From NCBI GenBank assembly GCA_905479975.1, contig CAJQOS010000025.1, positions 25 to 64,024 of the forward strand: DNA of 64,000 nt, in the 5' to 3' direction. The translations under genes were made by a program, and so were the position numbers. The stretch comes from an uncultured Puniceicoccaceae bacterium. Its GTDB lineage: Bacteria > Verrucomicrobiota > Verrucomicrobiia > Opitutales > Coraliomargaritaceae. Of the stretch, positions 31,267-41,437 are shown one piece after another. Below the pieces are notes generated by a model, which was given only the letters and a program-made list of their open reading frames with translations, ran no database searches and was not told the DNA's origin. The number at the start of each line of letters is the position of its first letter. Positions within the stretch are counted from its first letter, which is position 1.

Positions 31267-32172
31267 ATGATGACCGTTCAACAATACCTCAGCACAACGG
31301 TCGTCTGTGTTACCGCAGCATGCTCTCAAGCGCATGGGATTGACGAAGCGTTATTCCCTGACTTGAACACACATAGCGACGAGGCCATTCGCCTACATGG
31401 CCTCGCCCAACTGTATCCTGGCCGCGTCCTGTTTGAAGCACCGCAACTGACTTCGACCACAGAGAGCCGAGTCGCCACCCGCGTGGAAGATCTACCACGC
31501 GAGATCAAATACATCCGCCTCTACCGTCTCGACGAGGCACAATCGGTGCTCGAAGCGTTCCAAGCACACCACGCACTGATCCTTGATTTTCGTTTCTTAA
31601 AGTCCAAGCAAACCGCGATCCACCTATTCGATGCCTTTGCCACCACTGGCTGGACTCAAGGATTAACCACCGTCGGCACAGTGCCCGAGGGCCTGATCCA
31701 AACCAAACTCAACAACTCATACACACTGCGCGACACCCCCGTCATCGTGTTGTGCAACCGCGAAACAGCCGGCCCCTTCGAGGCCGTCTTACACAGACTC
31801 CAACAAAACGGGTCTATCATCGCCGTAGGCGAATCCACCACAGGCCACACCGGATTCTACGAAAAAACAGAACCGAACGCCTGGATTCTCAACGGGGAAA
31901 TTCGCCCCGACCGCGACACATCACTCGTTGGCAGCGGATTTCAGCCACGTATACAGATCGCAATCAACGCCGAGCAAAACTACCTCACTTATCATCTCTA
32001 CGAGGCCGGCACTGACATTACTCTACTCCTGAGACAAGAGAACCAGAACAAAGCGCATAGTGACGAGTCGCTTGATGATAAAAATGCCCCCATCGAGACA
32101 GATCAGATCCTGCAACGCGGAGTCGATATCATAGCCGCCCTTCAAACCCTACAGCAGCAACCCGAACTCTAA
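31267..32172 (+). CDS. Secreted S41-peptidase-like domain protein
   Basis: Signal peptide; YIRLY, LILDFR, VIVLCNRETAGPFE, AVGESTTG, GSGFQP, D..LQRG. Confidence 0.6.
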   Translation: MMTVQQYLSTTVVCVTAACSQAHGIDEALFPDLNTHSDEAIRLHGLAQLYPGRVLFEAPQLTSTTESRVATRVEDLPREIKYIRLYRLDEAQSVLEAFQAHHALILDFRFLKSKQTAIHLFDAFATTGWTQGLTTVGTVPEGLIQTKLNNSYTLRDTPVIVLCNRETAGPFEAVLHRLQQNGSIIAVGESTTGHTGFYEKTEPNAWILNGEIRPDRDTSLVGSGFQPRIQIAINAEQNYLTYHLYEAGTDITLLLRQENQNKAHSDESLDDKNAPIETDQILQRGVDIIAALQTLQQQPEL

Positions 32173-32232
32173 TCACATGCACAGGCAAAAGTGTTGTCCC
32201 GACCAACAAAACTAGCCTAGTATCCCGACCCA

Positions 32233-32715
32233 ATGGCTCAAGACCGCAACCTCATCCTCACGATCTGCACAGGCAATGTCTGCCGCAGCCCGATGGCAGA
32301 AAAGCTTCTGCAACACGCACTCGCGGCTGAAGATTCGCCGATAAAAGAACTGACCGTCGAATCCGCAGGTGTCGCCGCCGGATATGGCGAGCCCGCCTCA
32401 AGCAACTCAGTCGCAGCGCTCAAAAAGGTAAAGATCGACCTGACACAGCACAAGAGCCAGCCCGTCACGCAAGCTCTGCTCGACCGCGCCTTCCTAGTCC
32501 TAGGCATGACCGATTCACACCTCGACATCCTCGAACACTACCACACCGGCCTGCCCGAGCGTATGCACCTCTTTCGCGAATTCATGGAACCAGACGAAGA
32601 TGAGCAAATCCCCGATCCTTACGGTCAAAACTTTGATGCCTATCAAGCGTGCCTCGATTCGATGATCGAAGCGATTCCCTCCATTGTCGCTTACCTGAGA
32701 AAAGAATACAAATAG
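32233..32715 (+). CDS. Low-molecular-weight protein tyrosine/arginine phosphatase
   Basis: CTGNVCRSPMAE P-loop, SAG, IPDPYG. Confidence 0.93.
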   Translation: MAQDRNLILTICTGNVCRSPMAEKLLQHALAAEDSPIKELTVESAGVAAGYGEPASSNSVAALKKVKIDLTQHKSQPVTQALLDRAFLVLGMTDSHLDILEHYHTGLPERMHLFREFMEPDEDEQIPDPYGQNFDAYQACLDSMIEAIPSIVAYLRKEYK

Positions 32716-32728
32716 CCACGCCACCCAC

Positions 32729-33091
32729 ATGCCCTCCGATATTGCAAAGCTCACAAAGGCGATCCTCGCCTTCCGCGACGAACGCGACTGGAAGCAGTTT
32801 CACAACCCCAAAGATCTAGCCACCGCACTCTCGATCGAGGCCTCTGAGCTACAAGAAATCTTTCTCTGGAAAAACGGGGCAGAAATCGACGAAACCATCC
32901 AATCCAAGCGCCAACACCTTGAGCACGAAGTCGCCGACATCGCCGCTTACCTATTGCTACTCTGCAACGAACTCGACATCGATCTAGAGTCAGCCGTGCT
33001 CAACAAAATAGAGCACAACAAAGCGAAATACCCCGCCGACCAAGTCCGAGGAAACTCCAAGAAATACGACGAGTATCACGCGAAGGACTGA
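32729..33091 (+). CDS. MazG-like nucleotide pyrophosphohydrolase
   Basis: FRDERDWKQFHNPKDLATALSIEASELQE, EVADI, KIEHNKAKYP. Confidence 0.9.
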   Translation: MPSDIAKLTKAILAFRDERDWKQFHNPKDLATALSIEASELQEIFLWKNGAEIDETIQSKRQHLEHEVADIAAYLLLLCNELDIDLESAVLNKIEHNKAKYPADQVRGNSKKYDEYHAKD

Positions 33092-33526
33092 CTAAGCATC
33101 GTCAAAGACATCCCGAATGCCTTTGCGCCGCAAATCCCGCCAGATAAAGAACCCAACCATCGTGCCGACGGGGAACATGCACCAATTCAGCACGATCACT
33201 CTGAAAACAAAATGCCACGAATGAGTTCGCTGGCAATCACGCCCAGCCTGAATCGTCAACAGGCCAACTACCCACCCCAGAAAAACCTGAGCTGCGACAT
33301 AAACCGAGAGGAGCGCTTGAACGACATAAAATCCAGATACATTCAAAAACGCAAAGATGCTAGACTCACCAAATAGAGCGATCGTGGGGCTGATGAGTAT
33401 GACCAACATGCTAATGATTGAAAACAGGAGGTGAAAGACCCCCAGCACCATTAGCAACAATGCCCCATCTTTCAGATGCTCATGTTCATCGGAATGCGGG
33501 CCAAGATGTGAATTCATCACGTGCAT
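33092..33526 (-). CDS. Hypothetical membrane protein
   Basis: 144 aa with 3 hydrophobic segments; MFPVGTMVG motif. Confidence 0.65.
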   Translation of the reverse strand: MHVMNSHLGPHSDEHEHLKDGALLLMVLGVFHLLFSIISMLVILISPTIALFGESSIFAFLNVSGFYVVQALLSVYVAAQVFLGWVVGLLTIQAGRDCQRTHSWHFVFRVIVLNWCMFPVGTMVGFFIWRDLRRKGIRDVFDDA

Positions 33527-33754
33527 GATACACGTAACTTAACACAAAAACTCGCAGATGGACACTCCGCGAGGCCGAAACACAGCCCCGCGCTTTCGAA
33601 ATGGTTGGGAATCGTCCCGACATCCCAAAGGACAGTTCACCCCTTCAGAATGTGAGATAAGTAATTCCCCTCGCCCGAAAAGCCCGAAAAGGCTTGAAGC
33701 CAGCGATTTGCGGGGCAAATTACTCCGCTTTTCCAAATTTACGCAGATTTTAAT

Positions 33755-34855
33755 ATGAAAACACTCAAATTCGCAGTTCTCCCCGGTGATGGTATCGGCC
33801 CTGAAGTCATGGAAGTCGCCCTCGACGTCCTTAAAGCCACTGGCGACAAGTTCGGCTTCGCGCTCGATTACGCACATGCCGACATCGGCGGTATCGCGAT
33901 CGACAACCAAGGCGTGGCATTCCCAGACAGCACCAAAGAACTCTGCGAAAAATCGGAAGCGATTTTGTTCGGCTCCGTCGGTGGTCCAAAGTGGGAATGT
34001 CTCCCACCTAAAGAGCAGCCAGAGCGCGCGGCTCTCCTCCCGATCCGCAAGGCTTTCTCACTCTACGCGAACGTGCGCCCGGGTCTCCTTTACCCGCAAT
34101 TGACGGAAGCGTCGCCCCTCAAGGACAACCGTATCCCGAACGGCATCGACATCGTCTGCATCCGCGAGCTCACAGGTGGCATCTACTTTGGTCAGCCGAA
34201 GTCAACCACCACGCTTGAAAACGGCGAAGAGCAAGCGATCGACACGATGGTTTACAAGACCAGCGAGATTGAGCGCATCGCTCAGGTCGCAATCGACACA
34301 GCGAAAGCACGCGGCGGCAGTGTTTGCTCAGTCGATAAGGCCAACGTCCTGGAAACATCGGTTCTCTGGCGCAAAGTGGTCACTGAGTATTTCGCTAAGA
34401 ATGCTCCAGAGATCAAATTGAGCCACATGTATGTCGACAACGCTGCGATGCAGTTGGCGCGCGACCCGAACCAGTTCGACGTGCTCTTCACCGAAAACAT
34501 GTTCGGCGACATTCTTTCCGACGAAATGGGCGTCATCTGTGGCTCTCTCGGCATGCTTGCGTCTGCCAGCCTCGGCGCAGAGAAGAACAGCCTCGGCTTC
34601 CCATTCGGTCTGTATGAGCCATCCGGGGGCACCGCACCCGACATCGCCGGTCAAAGCATCGCCAACCCATGCGCGCAGATCCTTTCTGGCGCGATGATGC
34701 TCCGCTACAGCTTCGGCGAGAACGAAGCCGCAGCCGCAATCGAAGCCGCAGTCGAGAAAGCCGTCACTGGCGGCACACGCACCGGCGACATCGCCTTCGG
34801 CCTAGACTCCGTCGGCACCAAAGAAATGGCAGCTGCCGTGCTCGCGAATCTGTAA
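33755..34855 (+). CDS. leuB: 3-isopropylmalate dehydrogenase
   Basis: LPGDGIGPEV, GSVGGPKW, RELTGGIYFG, VDKANVL, NMFGDILSDE, EPSGGTAPDIAG. Confidence 0.98.
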   Translation: MKTLKFAVLPGDGIGPEVMEVALDVLKATGDKFGFALDYAHADIGGIAIDNQGVAFPDSTKELCEKSEAILFGSVGGPKWECLPPKEQPERAALLPIRKAFSLYANVRPGLLYPQLTEASPLKDNRIPNGIDIVCIRELTGGIYFGQPKSTTTLENGEEQAIDTMVYKTSEIERIAQVAIDTAKARGGSVCSVDKANVLETSVLWRKVVTEYFAKNAPEIKLSHMYVDNAAMQLARDPNQFDVLFTENMFGDILSDEMGVICGSLGMLASASLGAEKNSLGFPFGLYEPSGGTAPDIAGQSIANPCAQILSGAMMLRYSFGENEAAAAIEAAVEKAVTGGTRTGDIAFGLDSVGTKEMAAAVLANL

Positions 34856-34864
34856 CACGAAGCT

Positions 34865-35308
34865 TTTTTAACCGCTGATACACGCAGATGAACGCAGATC
34901 AGACGAATTTCCTCTATTCAGAAGAGACACATGCAATCATAGCTTGCTCGTTTGAAGTGCTCAATGAAATCGGGAACGGCCTTCATGAGAAGATTTACGA
35001 GAATGCTCTTGTAGTCGAATTTGGACTACGAGGCATTCCCGTTTCACAACAGCCCGCATACGATGTTAATTACAAATCTGTAGTCGTGGGAAAATTTATC
35101 CCCGACCTAATCAACTACGAAAAAATTGTAGTTGATACAAAGACCATCGACAAAATCACCGAACACGAACGAGGTAAGATGCTCAATTATCTGAGCATCA
35201 CCGGGCTAAAAGTCGGTCTCATCATAAATTTCAAATATGCAAAATTAGAGTGGTTACGCGTCGCTCTTAGATAATCTGCGTCCATCCGCGTTCATCTGCG
35301 GTTAAAAA
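34865..35308 (+). mobile_element. GxxExxY gene cassette bounded by 35-bp imperfect inverted repeats
   Basis: Left arm 34865-34899 and right arm 35274-35308 are 30/35 identical as inverted repeats; each arm holds three 10-bp units (consensus GAACGCAGAT). Mobility itself is inferred. Confidence 0.6.
34888..35274 (+). CDS. GxxExxY protein (PD-(D/E)xK nuclease-like fold)
   Basis: GLHEKIY motif; IPDL...VDTK; 128 aa. Confidence 0.93.
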   Translation: MNADQTNFLYSEETHAIIACSFEVLNEIGNGLHEKIYENALVVEFGLRGIPVSQQPAYDVNYKSVVVGKFIPDLINYEKIVVDTKTIDKITEHERGKMLNYLSITGLKVGLIINFKYAKLEWLRVALR

Positions 35309-35322
35309 TATCAATTACCATC

Positions 35323-38007
35323 ATGACCTCCTCCGAAATCCGCAAATCCTTCCTCGACTTCTTTGCTTCGAAGCAACACACGATCGTGCCATCGGCTTCG
35401 ATCATGCCGAGCTCGCCGAACTTGCTCTTCACCAATGCGGGGATGAACCAGTTCGTGCCCTACTTCCTCGGTGAGCGTGATGCGCCTTACTCTCGTGCGA
35501 CCGATACACAGAAGTGCATCCGTGCGGGTGGTAAGCATAACGACCTCGAGGACGTCGGCTTCGACACCTACCACCACACATTCTTCGAAATGTTGGGCAA
35601 CTGGTCGTTCGGTGATTACTTCAAGAAAGAAGCGATTGAGTGGAGCTGGGAACTGTTGACGAAGGTCTGGGGCTTCCCTGCCAACCGTCTCTACGCGTCG
35701 GTCTATAGCCCGAGCGAAGGTGATCCTTCTGAGTTCGACCAAGAAGCCTACGACCTATGGAAGGCGATCTTCGAAGCCGAAGGCCTCGATCCGAAGGTGC
35801 ACATCATTAACGGCAATAAGGCAGACAACTTCTGGATGATGGGCGAAACCGGCCCCTGTGGCCCGTGCTCCGAGCTGCACATCGACCTGACTGAAGCAGG
35901 CGACTCGCAGGGCGAACTCGTCAATGCCGATTCCCCGTGGTGTATCGAGATCTGGAATCTCGTCTTCATGCAGTTTAATGCGAACGAAGACGGCACCTTC
36001 TCGCCGCTCGCGGCGCAACACGTCGACACTGGCATGGGCTTCGAGCGTGTGGCTGGCATCCTCGCAACCACCAAGGGCTTTACCGATTTCAGCAATCCTC
36101 CGAGCAACTATAATAGCGACCTGTTTGGCCGTATTTTCGAGAATCTCTCTCGTCACTGCGACCACACTTACAGCTACACGATGCCGGAAGATCGCGACAG
36201 CATGACCGAGTTGGAGCAGAAAGACTGCGCCTTCCGCGTGCTCGCCGACCACATCCGCACCCTTTCGTTCTCGATTGCGGACGGCATCTTGCCAGGCAAC
36301 GAAGGCCGCAACTATGTGCTGCGTCGCATCCTTCGCCGCGCAGTCATGTTCGGCAAGCGCCTCGAACTGCCTGCTGGTTTCTTCTCGAAGCTCGTGCCAG
36401 TCGTGGTGCGCTTGATGTCTGAGCAATTCCCAGAGCTCTACAAGCAAGAGACTGTTATCATTAAGGTGATCTCCTCCGAGGAGACCGCATTCAACAAGAC
36501 GATCGACCGCGGCCTGCAACTCTTTGAAAAGCTCGCAACCAATGGTGCCATAACAGGACGCGAAGCGTTCACACTGTATGATACTTACGGCTTCCCGCTC
36601 GACCTAACCGAACTACTCGGACGTGAGCGTGGACTCGTGATCGACACCGCAGGCTTCAACAAGTGCATGGAGGAGCAACGCGAACGCGGCCGTGCGTCTC
36701 AAAAAAAGACAGTCATCCGCGCACAAGATGCATCCGACGTCGAGCCCACTGAATTCATTGGCTTCGATGAAGCAAATCTGACCGACTGCGAAGTCACTTT
36801 GAAAGAAGTGCAAGTCGACGAAGACGGCAGCTGCTGGGCGATCTTCGACAAGACCCCCTTCTACCCAGAAATGGGTGGACAGATCGGTGACCTCGGCATG
36901 GTCGAAGGCCCGAAGATGTCCTTCCTTGTCACCGACACGCAAAAAGATGCCAACGGCCAAATCATTCATCGCCTCGAGATGAATAAAGATGCAACCGCTG
37001 CAATTGCTCCCGAAGCACTGCCGAGCGACATCAAAGTAAAAGCCAGCGTCTATCTAAAACGCCGTCGTAACATTCAGCGTCATCACAGCGCCACTCACAT
37101 TATTAACTGGGCGCTGCGCTCCGTGCTCGGCGATCACATTCGCCAGGCTGGCTCACTCGTTACTAAGAAGCGCCTACGCTTCGACTTCGCCCACTACGAA
37201 GCAATTTCCAGCGACCAGCTCAAGCAGATCGAAGAGATGGTGAACTTGGCAGTCATCGAAAACGCGCCCGTCAAGTGGTATGAAATCCCGTTCGATGAAA
37301 AGCCGGACGACGTCATGGCTGTCTTCGGCGAGAAATACGGCGCCACCGTCCGCGTCGTCGACATCGGTGGCTTTGCCAAAGAACTGTGCGGTGGCACACA
37401 CGTCAGCTCCACCGGTGAGATCGGCTTGATCAAGATAGTTTCCGAAAGTGGCATCGCTGCTGGCACTCGCCGCATCGAAGCGGTCTGCGGCACTTCAGCC
37501 GCAGCGCTCATGGGCGAAACCTTCGACCAGCTGCATGGCCTAGCCAACAAGCTCAAGTGCAAGCCGGCCGACATCGACGAAAAACTCGAAGCCATGGTTG
37601 CGCAACGCAAGGAGCTCGAAAAAGAGATCAAGTCCCTGCAACAGAAAGCATCCGCAGGCCAAGCCAACGAGCTCATCTCCAAGGCAACTGATATTGCTGA
37701 GGGCATCAAAGCGTTAATCGTCACGGTGGACGCGCCAAATCCAAATGAGATGAAGAACATGGCAACCGCACTCGGCCAAAAGCTGGGTGAAAGTGTCGTC
37801 GTGCTCGCCGCCGAATTCGGTGAAAAGCTCAGCGTCACCGCAGTGGTATCACCTAAGGCAATCGAAGCTGGTTACAAGGCAGGCGACATCGTCCGCGACC
37901 TCACTGGCAAGCTCGGCGGCAAAGGTGGCGGCAAGCCGAACTTCGCAATGGGCGGCGCACCGAATAACGGCAAGCTCAAGGAAGTGATAGGCAACTACTC
38001 GCTGTAG
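35323..38007 (+). CDS. alaS: Alanine--tRNA ligase
   Basis: EIRKSFLDFF, LLFTNAGMNQF, HTFFEMLGNWSFGDYFK, DTGMGFER, ELCGGTHV, GKGGGK. Confidence 0.99.
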   Translation: MTSSEIRKSFLDFFASKQHTIVPSASIMPSSPNLLFTNAGMNQFVPYFLGERDAPYSRATDTQKCIRAGGKHNDLEDVGFDTYHHTFFEMLGNWSFGDYFKKEAIEWSWELLTKVWGFPANRLYASVYSPSEGDPSEFDQEAYDLWKAIFEAEGLDPKVHIINGNKADNFWMMGETGPCGPCSELHIDLTEAGDSQGELVNADSPWCIEIWNLVFMQFNANEDGTFSPLAAQHVDTGMGFERVAGILATTKGFTDFSNPPSNYNSDLFGRIFENLSRHCDHTYSYTMPEDRDSMTELEQKDCAFRVLADHIRTLSFSIADGILPGNEGRNYVLRRILRRAVMFGKRLELPAGFFSKLVPVVVRLMSEQFPELYKQETVIIKVISSEETAFNKTIDRGLQLFEKLATNGAITGREAFTLYDTYGFPLDLTELLGRERGLVIDTAGFNKCMEEQRERGRASQKKTVIRAQDASDVEPTEFIGFDEANLTDCEVTLKEVQVDEDGSCWAIFDKTPFYPEMGGQIGDLGMVEGPKMSFLVTDTQKDANGQIIHRLEMNKDATAAIAPEALPSDIKVKASVYLKRRRNIQRHHSATHIINWALRSVLGDHIRQAGSLVTKKRLRFDFAHYEAISSDQLKQIEEMVNLAVIENAPVKWYEIPFDEKPDDVMAVFGEKYGATVRVVDIGGFAKELCGGTHVSSTGEIGLIKIVSESGIAAGTRRIEAVCGTSAAALMGETFDQLHGLANKLKCKPADIDEKLEAMVAQRKELEKEIKSLQQKASAGQANELISKATDIAEGIKALIVTVDAPNPNEMKNMATALGQKLGESVVVLAAEFGEKLSVTAVVSPKAIEAGYKAGDIVRDLTGKLGGKGGGKPNFAMGGAPNNGKLKEVIGNYSL

Positions 38008-38028
38008 TCGAAACACACATGCTATCTC

Positions 38029-38060
38029 AAAAAGATCCATCAACCGGTGGATCTTTTTTT
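38029..38060 (+). terminator. Intrinsic, likely bidirectional terminator
   Basis: AAAAAGATCCATC-aacc-GGTGGATCTTTTTTT between converging alaS and nudix genes. Confidence 0.85.
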
Positions 38061-38122
38061 GTGCGTGATTCGGCACAAATCGAAACCGCTTCGCGGATTC
38101 CGCTACACTCAATAGCAACACA

Positions 38123-38704
38123 TTATTGTCGCTTCAACGATCGCTCCATCAACTGATAATACAGCAGCCCCGTGAGCGCGAGCGCATGGCCGATCTGGCA
38201 GTCCTTCGCCCACTGAAAGACTTCCGCTTCAGGCACCACGCGAATCTCGATCTCTTCATGCTCATCCCAATCGGTGCCAGCGTGATGCGGCTCGACGTTA
38301 TCAGCAAATACGATATGGCACTGGTTATTCAGAATCGCTGGGTTCGGGTTACAATGACCGATCAGGCGACCGCTCTCTGCGACATAGCCGGTCTCTTCCT
38401 GCAATTCACGAAGCCCTGCTGTGACCGGATCTTCGCCAGCGTCAATAATGCCACCGGGAAATTCCCACGACAATGTATCGGTGCCCCAACGAAACTGGCG
38501 CACTAGAATCAATTCACCCGCGCGGGTGCGTGCGACCACGATCACCCAGTCACGTGAGTCAATATAGTAGAACTCGCCCTCGTTACCCTTCGTGGGATGC
38601 CGATAACGGCGCGCGCGTAGGTCCCACACGCGGCAAGCCGAGAGCAATTTATCGTCCAATAAATCCCAAGTCGCCGGCGCACCGCTCTCGGTGTGGTCGG
38701 ACAT
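38123..38704 (-). CDS. NUDIX hydrolase (ADP-ribose pyrophosphatase-like)
   Basis: Nudix box [24 protein letters not shown]; LVRQFR. Confidence 0.92.
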   Translation of the reverse strand: MSDHTESGAPATWDLLDDKLLSACRVWDLRARRYRHPTKGNEGEFYYIDSRDWVIVVARTRAGELILVRQFRWGTDTLSWEFPGGIIDAGEDPVTAGLRELQEETGYVAESGRLIGHCNPNPAILNNQCHIVFADNVEPHHAGTDWDEHEEIEIRVVPEAEVFQWAKDCQIGHALALTGLLYYQLMERSLKRQ

Positions 38705-39318
38705 TATTTCGCAGGGATGTTAATCGTCTGCCCAATCGCCAAACGGCGTGGGTCTGCGTTCGGATTCGCATCGAGAATCGCTTGAACCGAGACGCCATGC
38801 TTCGTGGCAATCTTGCCAAAGTTATCTCCAGCGGCGATCACGTAAGTGGTGGCCTCGCCCGGTGCGGCAGCTGGCGCGACTTCGGTTGCTGGTGCGTCTG
38901 CATCTGGCGTGGTGCTCGCGACCTGAGGTGCGGGTGCTGCGCGAAATCCTGCCGCGGCAAATTCATTGAGCGTCTCTGCGGTCTTCACGATTTGGTCGCG
39001 ATTCACTTTGAGCTCGGCAGCGAGCTTCTTCACTGCCTGTTCTCCTTGAGAGCTGTAAACACGCAGGCGGCTGATCGTCTTCTCCTGTTCTGCGACTTGC
39101 GCGTCAAGTTCGGCAAGCTGCGTATCAAAGCCATTGATGATCTTCTCGATCTTCGCTGAGCTCGATGCACTCTCGGAGAGTGTCTCATCGAGCGGGTTGA
39201 GGCGTTGATTCGCAGTCAGACCGAAATAGAGGCCTGCGCCGCCGAGAACGATACCGAACACTGCGAGTGCAACGGGGACCATATTACTAGGAGATTGAAG
39301 TGCGTCGTCGTCTTCCAT
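38704..39318 (-). CDS. Membrane-anchored coiled-coil protein with a C-terminal LysM domain
   Basis: N-terminal TM; [28 protein letters not shown]...[10 protein letters not shown]. Confidence 0.9.
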   Translation of the reverse strand: MEDDDALQSPSNMVPVALAVFGIVLGGAGLYFGLTANQRLNPLDETLSESASSSAKIEKIINGFDTQLAELDAQVAEQEKTISRLRVYSSQGEQAVKKLAAELKVNRDQIVKTAETLNEFAAAGFRAAPAPQVASTTPDADAPATEVAPAAAPGEATTYVIAAGDNFGKIATKHGVSVQAILDANPNADPRRLAIGQTINIPAK

Positions 39319-39408
39319 AAATTGAGGACGCTAAGACATTTAATGAACTGTGCAAGCAAGGGATACGCGAGGTTGCCACTTAAAGAAAATGCTTCCAACT
39401 TAGCGACA

Positions 39409-40101
39409 ATGCCGAACCAACCCGAACCAACAAAGCGTCTTTTCCGCATCCTACTACTGCTATTTATATCCGCAGCCGTTGGAGCATCCGTGCTTTACTA
39501 TGCGTGGAGTGCGCATCCGAACATCGAATATTGGCTCGAACTCGGGCGTGAAGGGCAAACCTACCTGTCCGAGCATCCGCTACTACTCATCCTCGCACTC
39601 GCAACGCTCCCCGGCATGGGCGTCCCACTCACGCCACTGCTACTCCTATTTGGCATCGTCATGGGGCCTCGCTTCGGCATGCCCACCACCTGCCTCATCG
39701 GCATTGCCACGATGAGCGTGTGCACCACATGGACCTACCTACTCGCCGCAGGCCCGTTGCGCGAATTCTTGAAAAATCGTCTACTTAAGAAATGGAAATT
39801 GCCGGAGCTATCCGATCAAAGTGCGCTACGCTTGGGGCTCATCATTCGCATTACCCCCGGCATCCCCTACCCGCTGCAAAATGTCGCACTCGGCGTCATG
39901 GGCATGCGCTTTAAGCCTTATTTAATCGTCTCTCTGCCCATTCAAAGCCTCTACACCATCGCGCTGATCGTCACTGGCGGCGCACTCTTCGAAGGCAATG
40001 CAGGCATCGCCTTAACTGGTGTACTACTGCTGATTGCCATCGTGTTGGCGACCCGCATGCTACGCAACCGCTCGAACACACAGACCAGCCATGTTGGATA
40101 A
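39409..40101 (+). CDS. VTT/DedA (TVP38/TMEM64) family membrane protein
   Basis: ATG at 39409; multiple TMs; IIRITPGIPYPLQN. Confidence 0.8.
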   Translation: MPNQPEPTKRLFRILLLLFISAAVGASVLYYAWSAHPNIEYWLELGREGQTYLSEHPLLLILALATLPGMGVPLTPLLLLFGIVMGPRFGMPTTCLIGIATMSVCTTWTYLLAAGPLREFLKNRLLKKWKLPELSDQSALRLGLIIRITPGIPYPLQNVALGVMGMRFKPYLIVSLPIQSLYTIALIVTGGALFEGNAGIALTGVLLLIAIVLATRMLRNRSNTQTSHVG

Positions 40102-41437
40102 TCTCATCAATCCCGCCGCTGAGCAGGTATTAAAAGTCACCGAGCTCACGCGCCAGATCAAGGCGCAGTTGGAAGGCCGCTTCACTCAACTCTGGGTGCA
40201 AGGCGAAGTCTCCAACCTCAGGCGGCAAAGTTCGGGGCATGTCTATTTCTCACTCAAAGACGCGGGCAGCCAGCTCCCCTGCGTGCTATTCGCCCGCGAT
40301 GCCGCTCAACAAGGATTTCAGTTAGAAAACGGCATGGAAGTGCTACTGTTCGGCAGCCTGTCCGTCTATGCGCCCCATGGTCGCTATCAGTTGATCGCCA
40401 AAATGACCGTCCAAAGCGGGCAAGGACGGCTGCAAATGGAGCTGGAGCGCCTCAAAAAGAAACTCGCCGCCGCAGGCCTGTTTGAAAAAGAGCGCAAGCA
40501 ACCGCTACCAACTCTGCCAATGCGTATCGCCGTGGTGACTTCCCCCACAGGCGCTGCGGTGCGTGACTTCCTGCGCATTCTTCGACGCCGCAATTATAAG
40601 GGCGAAGTCGTGATCTTTCCCGCACGCGTGCAAGGCAAAGGCGCGGAAAAAGAAGTCGCCGCGATGCTCGAATATGCCGGTGCGAGTCAAAATTTCGACC
40701 TCGTCGTGATCACCCGCGGCGGTGGAAGCATTGAAGACCTCTGGGCCTTTAACGAGGAAGTGCTCGCGCGCGCCGTCGCCGCCTGTCCGCTGCCCGTGAT
40801 TTCCGCAGTCGGGCACGAGATCGACACCGTGCTGACTGACTACGTCGCCGATAAGCGTGCCGAGACGCCTTCCGCTGCCGCAGAATTGATCTCCTCACTC
40901 GCGATCGAAGCTGAGCAGCGCCTAGAACAAGCTCAAAGCAACCTATTGTATTGGATCGAGACTGGCATCGCCACCCGCCGTCAAAGCCTGGACGCACTCC
41001 AAGCCAAGATGCACATTATCGCTCCCGAGCGTCAGGTCGAAATGCTCGGCATGAAGCTCGACGACCTTGAGAACCGACTCAGCCAATCTCTACAGACACG
41101 CCTGACTCGCGAGCGCACAAAGCTCGCCCAACAGTCACAACGCCTCGCCGAGCACCACCCCCGCATCAAAATCAGTCTAGCACGCCAAGCGCTCGAAAAC
41201 CTCGACCGGCGTTTGAGCCGAGCTGCGCAAGTGGACACACATACAAAAAACGAGCACCTCCTGCATTTACAGAAACGCCTAGAGAACAGCAGCTTAAACG
41301 CCACACTTCGCCGCGGATTCGCCGTACTCCAAACCACCGATGGGGCAATCATCAGCAGTGCTCAAAGCGGGCAAGAAGAGAACCAGCTCACCGCTCGCTT
41401 AAACGACGGCGACCTCACCTTAAAGGTGCTCAAATAA
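40091..41437 (+). CDS. xseA: Exodeoxyribonuclease VII large subunit
   Basis: VQGEVSN, SGHVYFSLKD, VTSPTGAAVRD, ITRGGGSIEDLWAFN, SAVGHEID, ETPSAAAE. Confidence 0.97.
   Translation: MLDNLINPAAEQVLKVTELTRQIKAQLEGRFTQLWVQGEVSNLRRQSSGHVYFSLKDAGSQLPCVLFARDAAQQGFQLENGMEVLLFGSLSVYAPHGRYQLIAKMTVQSGQGRLQMELERLKKKLAAAGLFEKERKQPLPTLPMRIAVVTSPTGAAVRDFLRILRRRNYKGEVVIFPARVQGKGAEKEVAAMLEYAGASQNFDLVVITRGGGSIEDLWAFNEEVLARAVAACPLPVISAVGHEIDTVLTDYVADKRAETPSAAAELISSLAIEAEQRLEQAQSNLLYWIETGIATRRQSLDALQAKMHIIAPERQVEMLGMKLDDLENRLSQSLQTRLTRERTKLAQQSQRLAEHHPRIKISLARQALENLDRRLSRAAQVDTHTKNEHLLHLQKRLENSSLNATLRRGFAVLQTTDGAIISSAQSGQEENQLTARLNDGDLTLKVLK

Noticed and set aside
34865-35308. Decamer repeats as a CRISPR array
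   Set aside because: There are no unique spacers, the units are 10 bp, the arrangement is inverted, and no cas genes are present.
35755-36519. Long antisense ORFs (also 38473..39159, 48188..48844, 48846..49589, 59115..59834, 62543..63247)
   Set aside because: They lie opposite well-supported genes, have no recognisable motifs, and are expected shadows of GC-rich codon bias.
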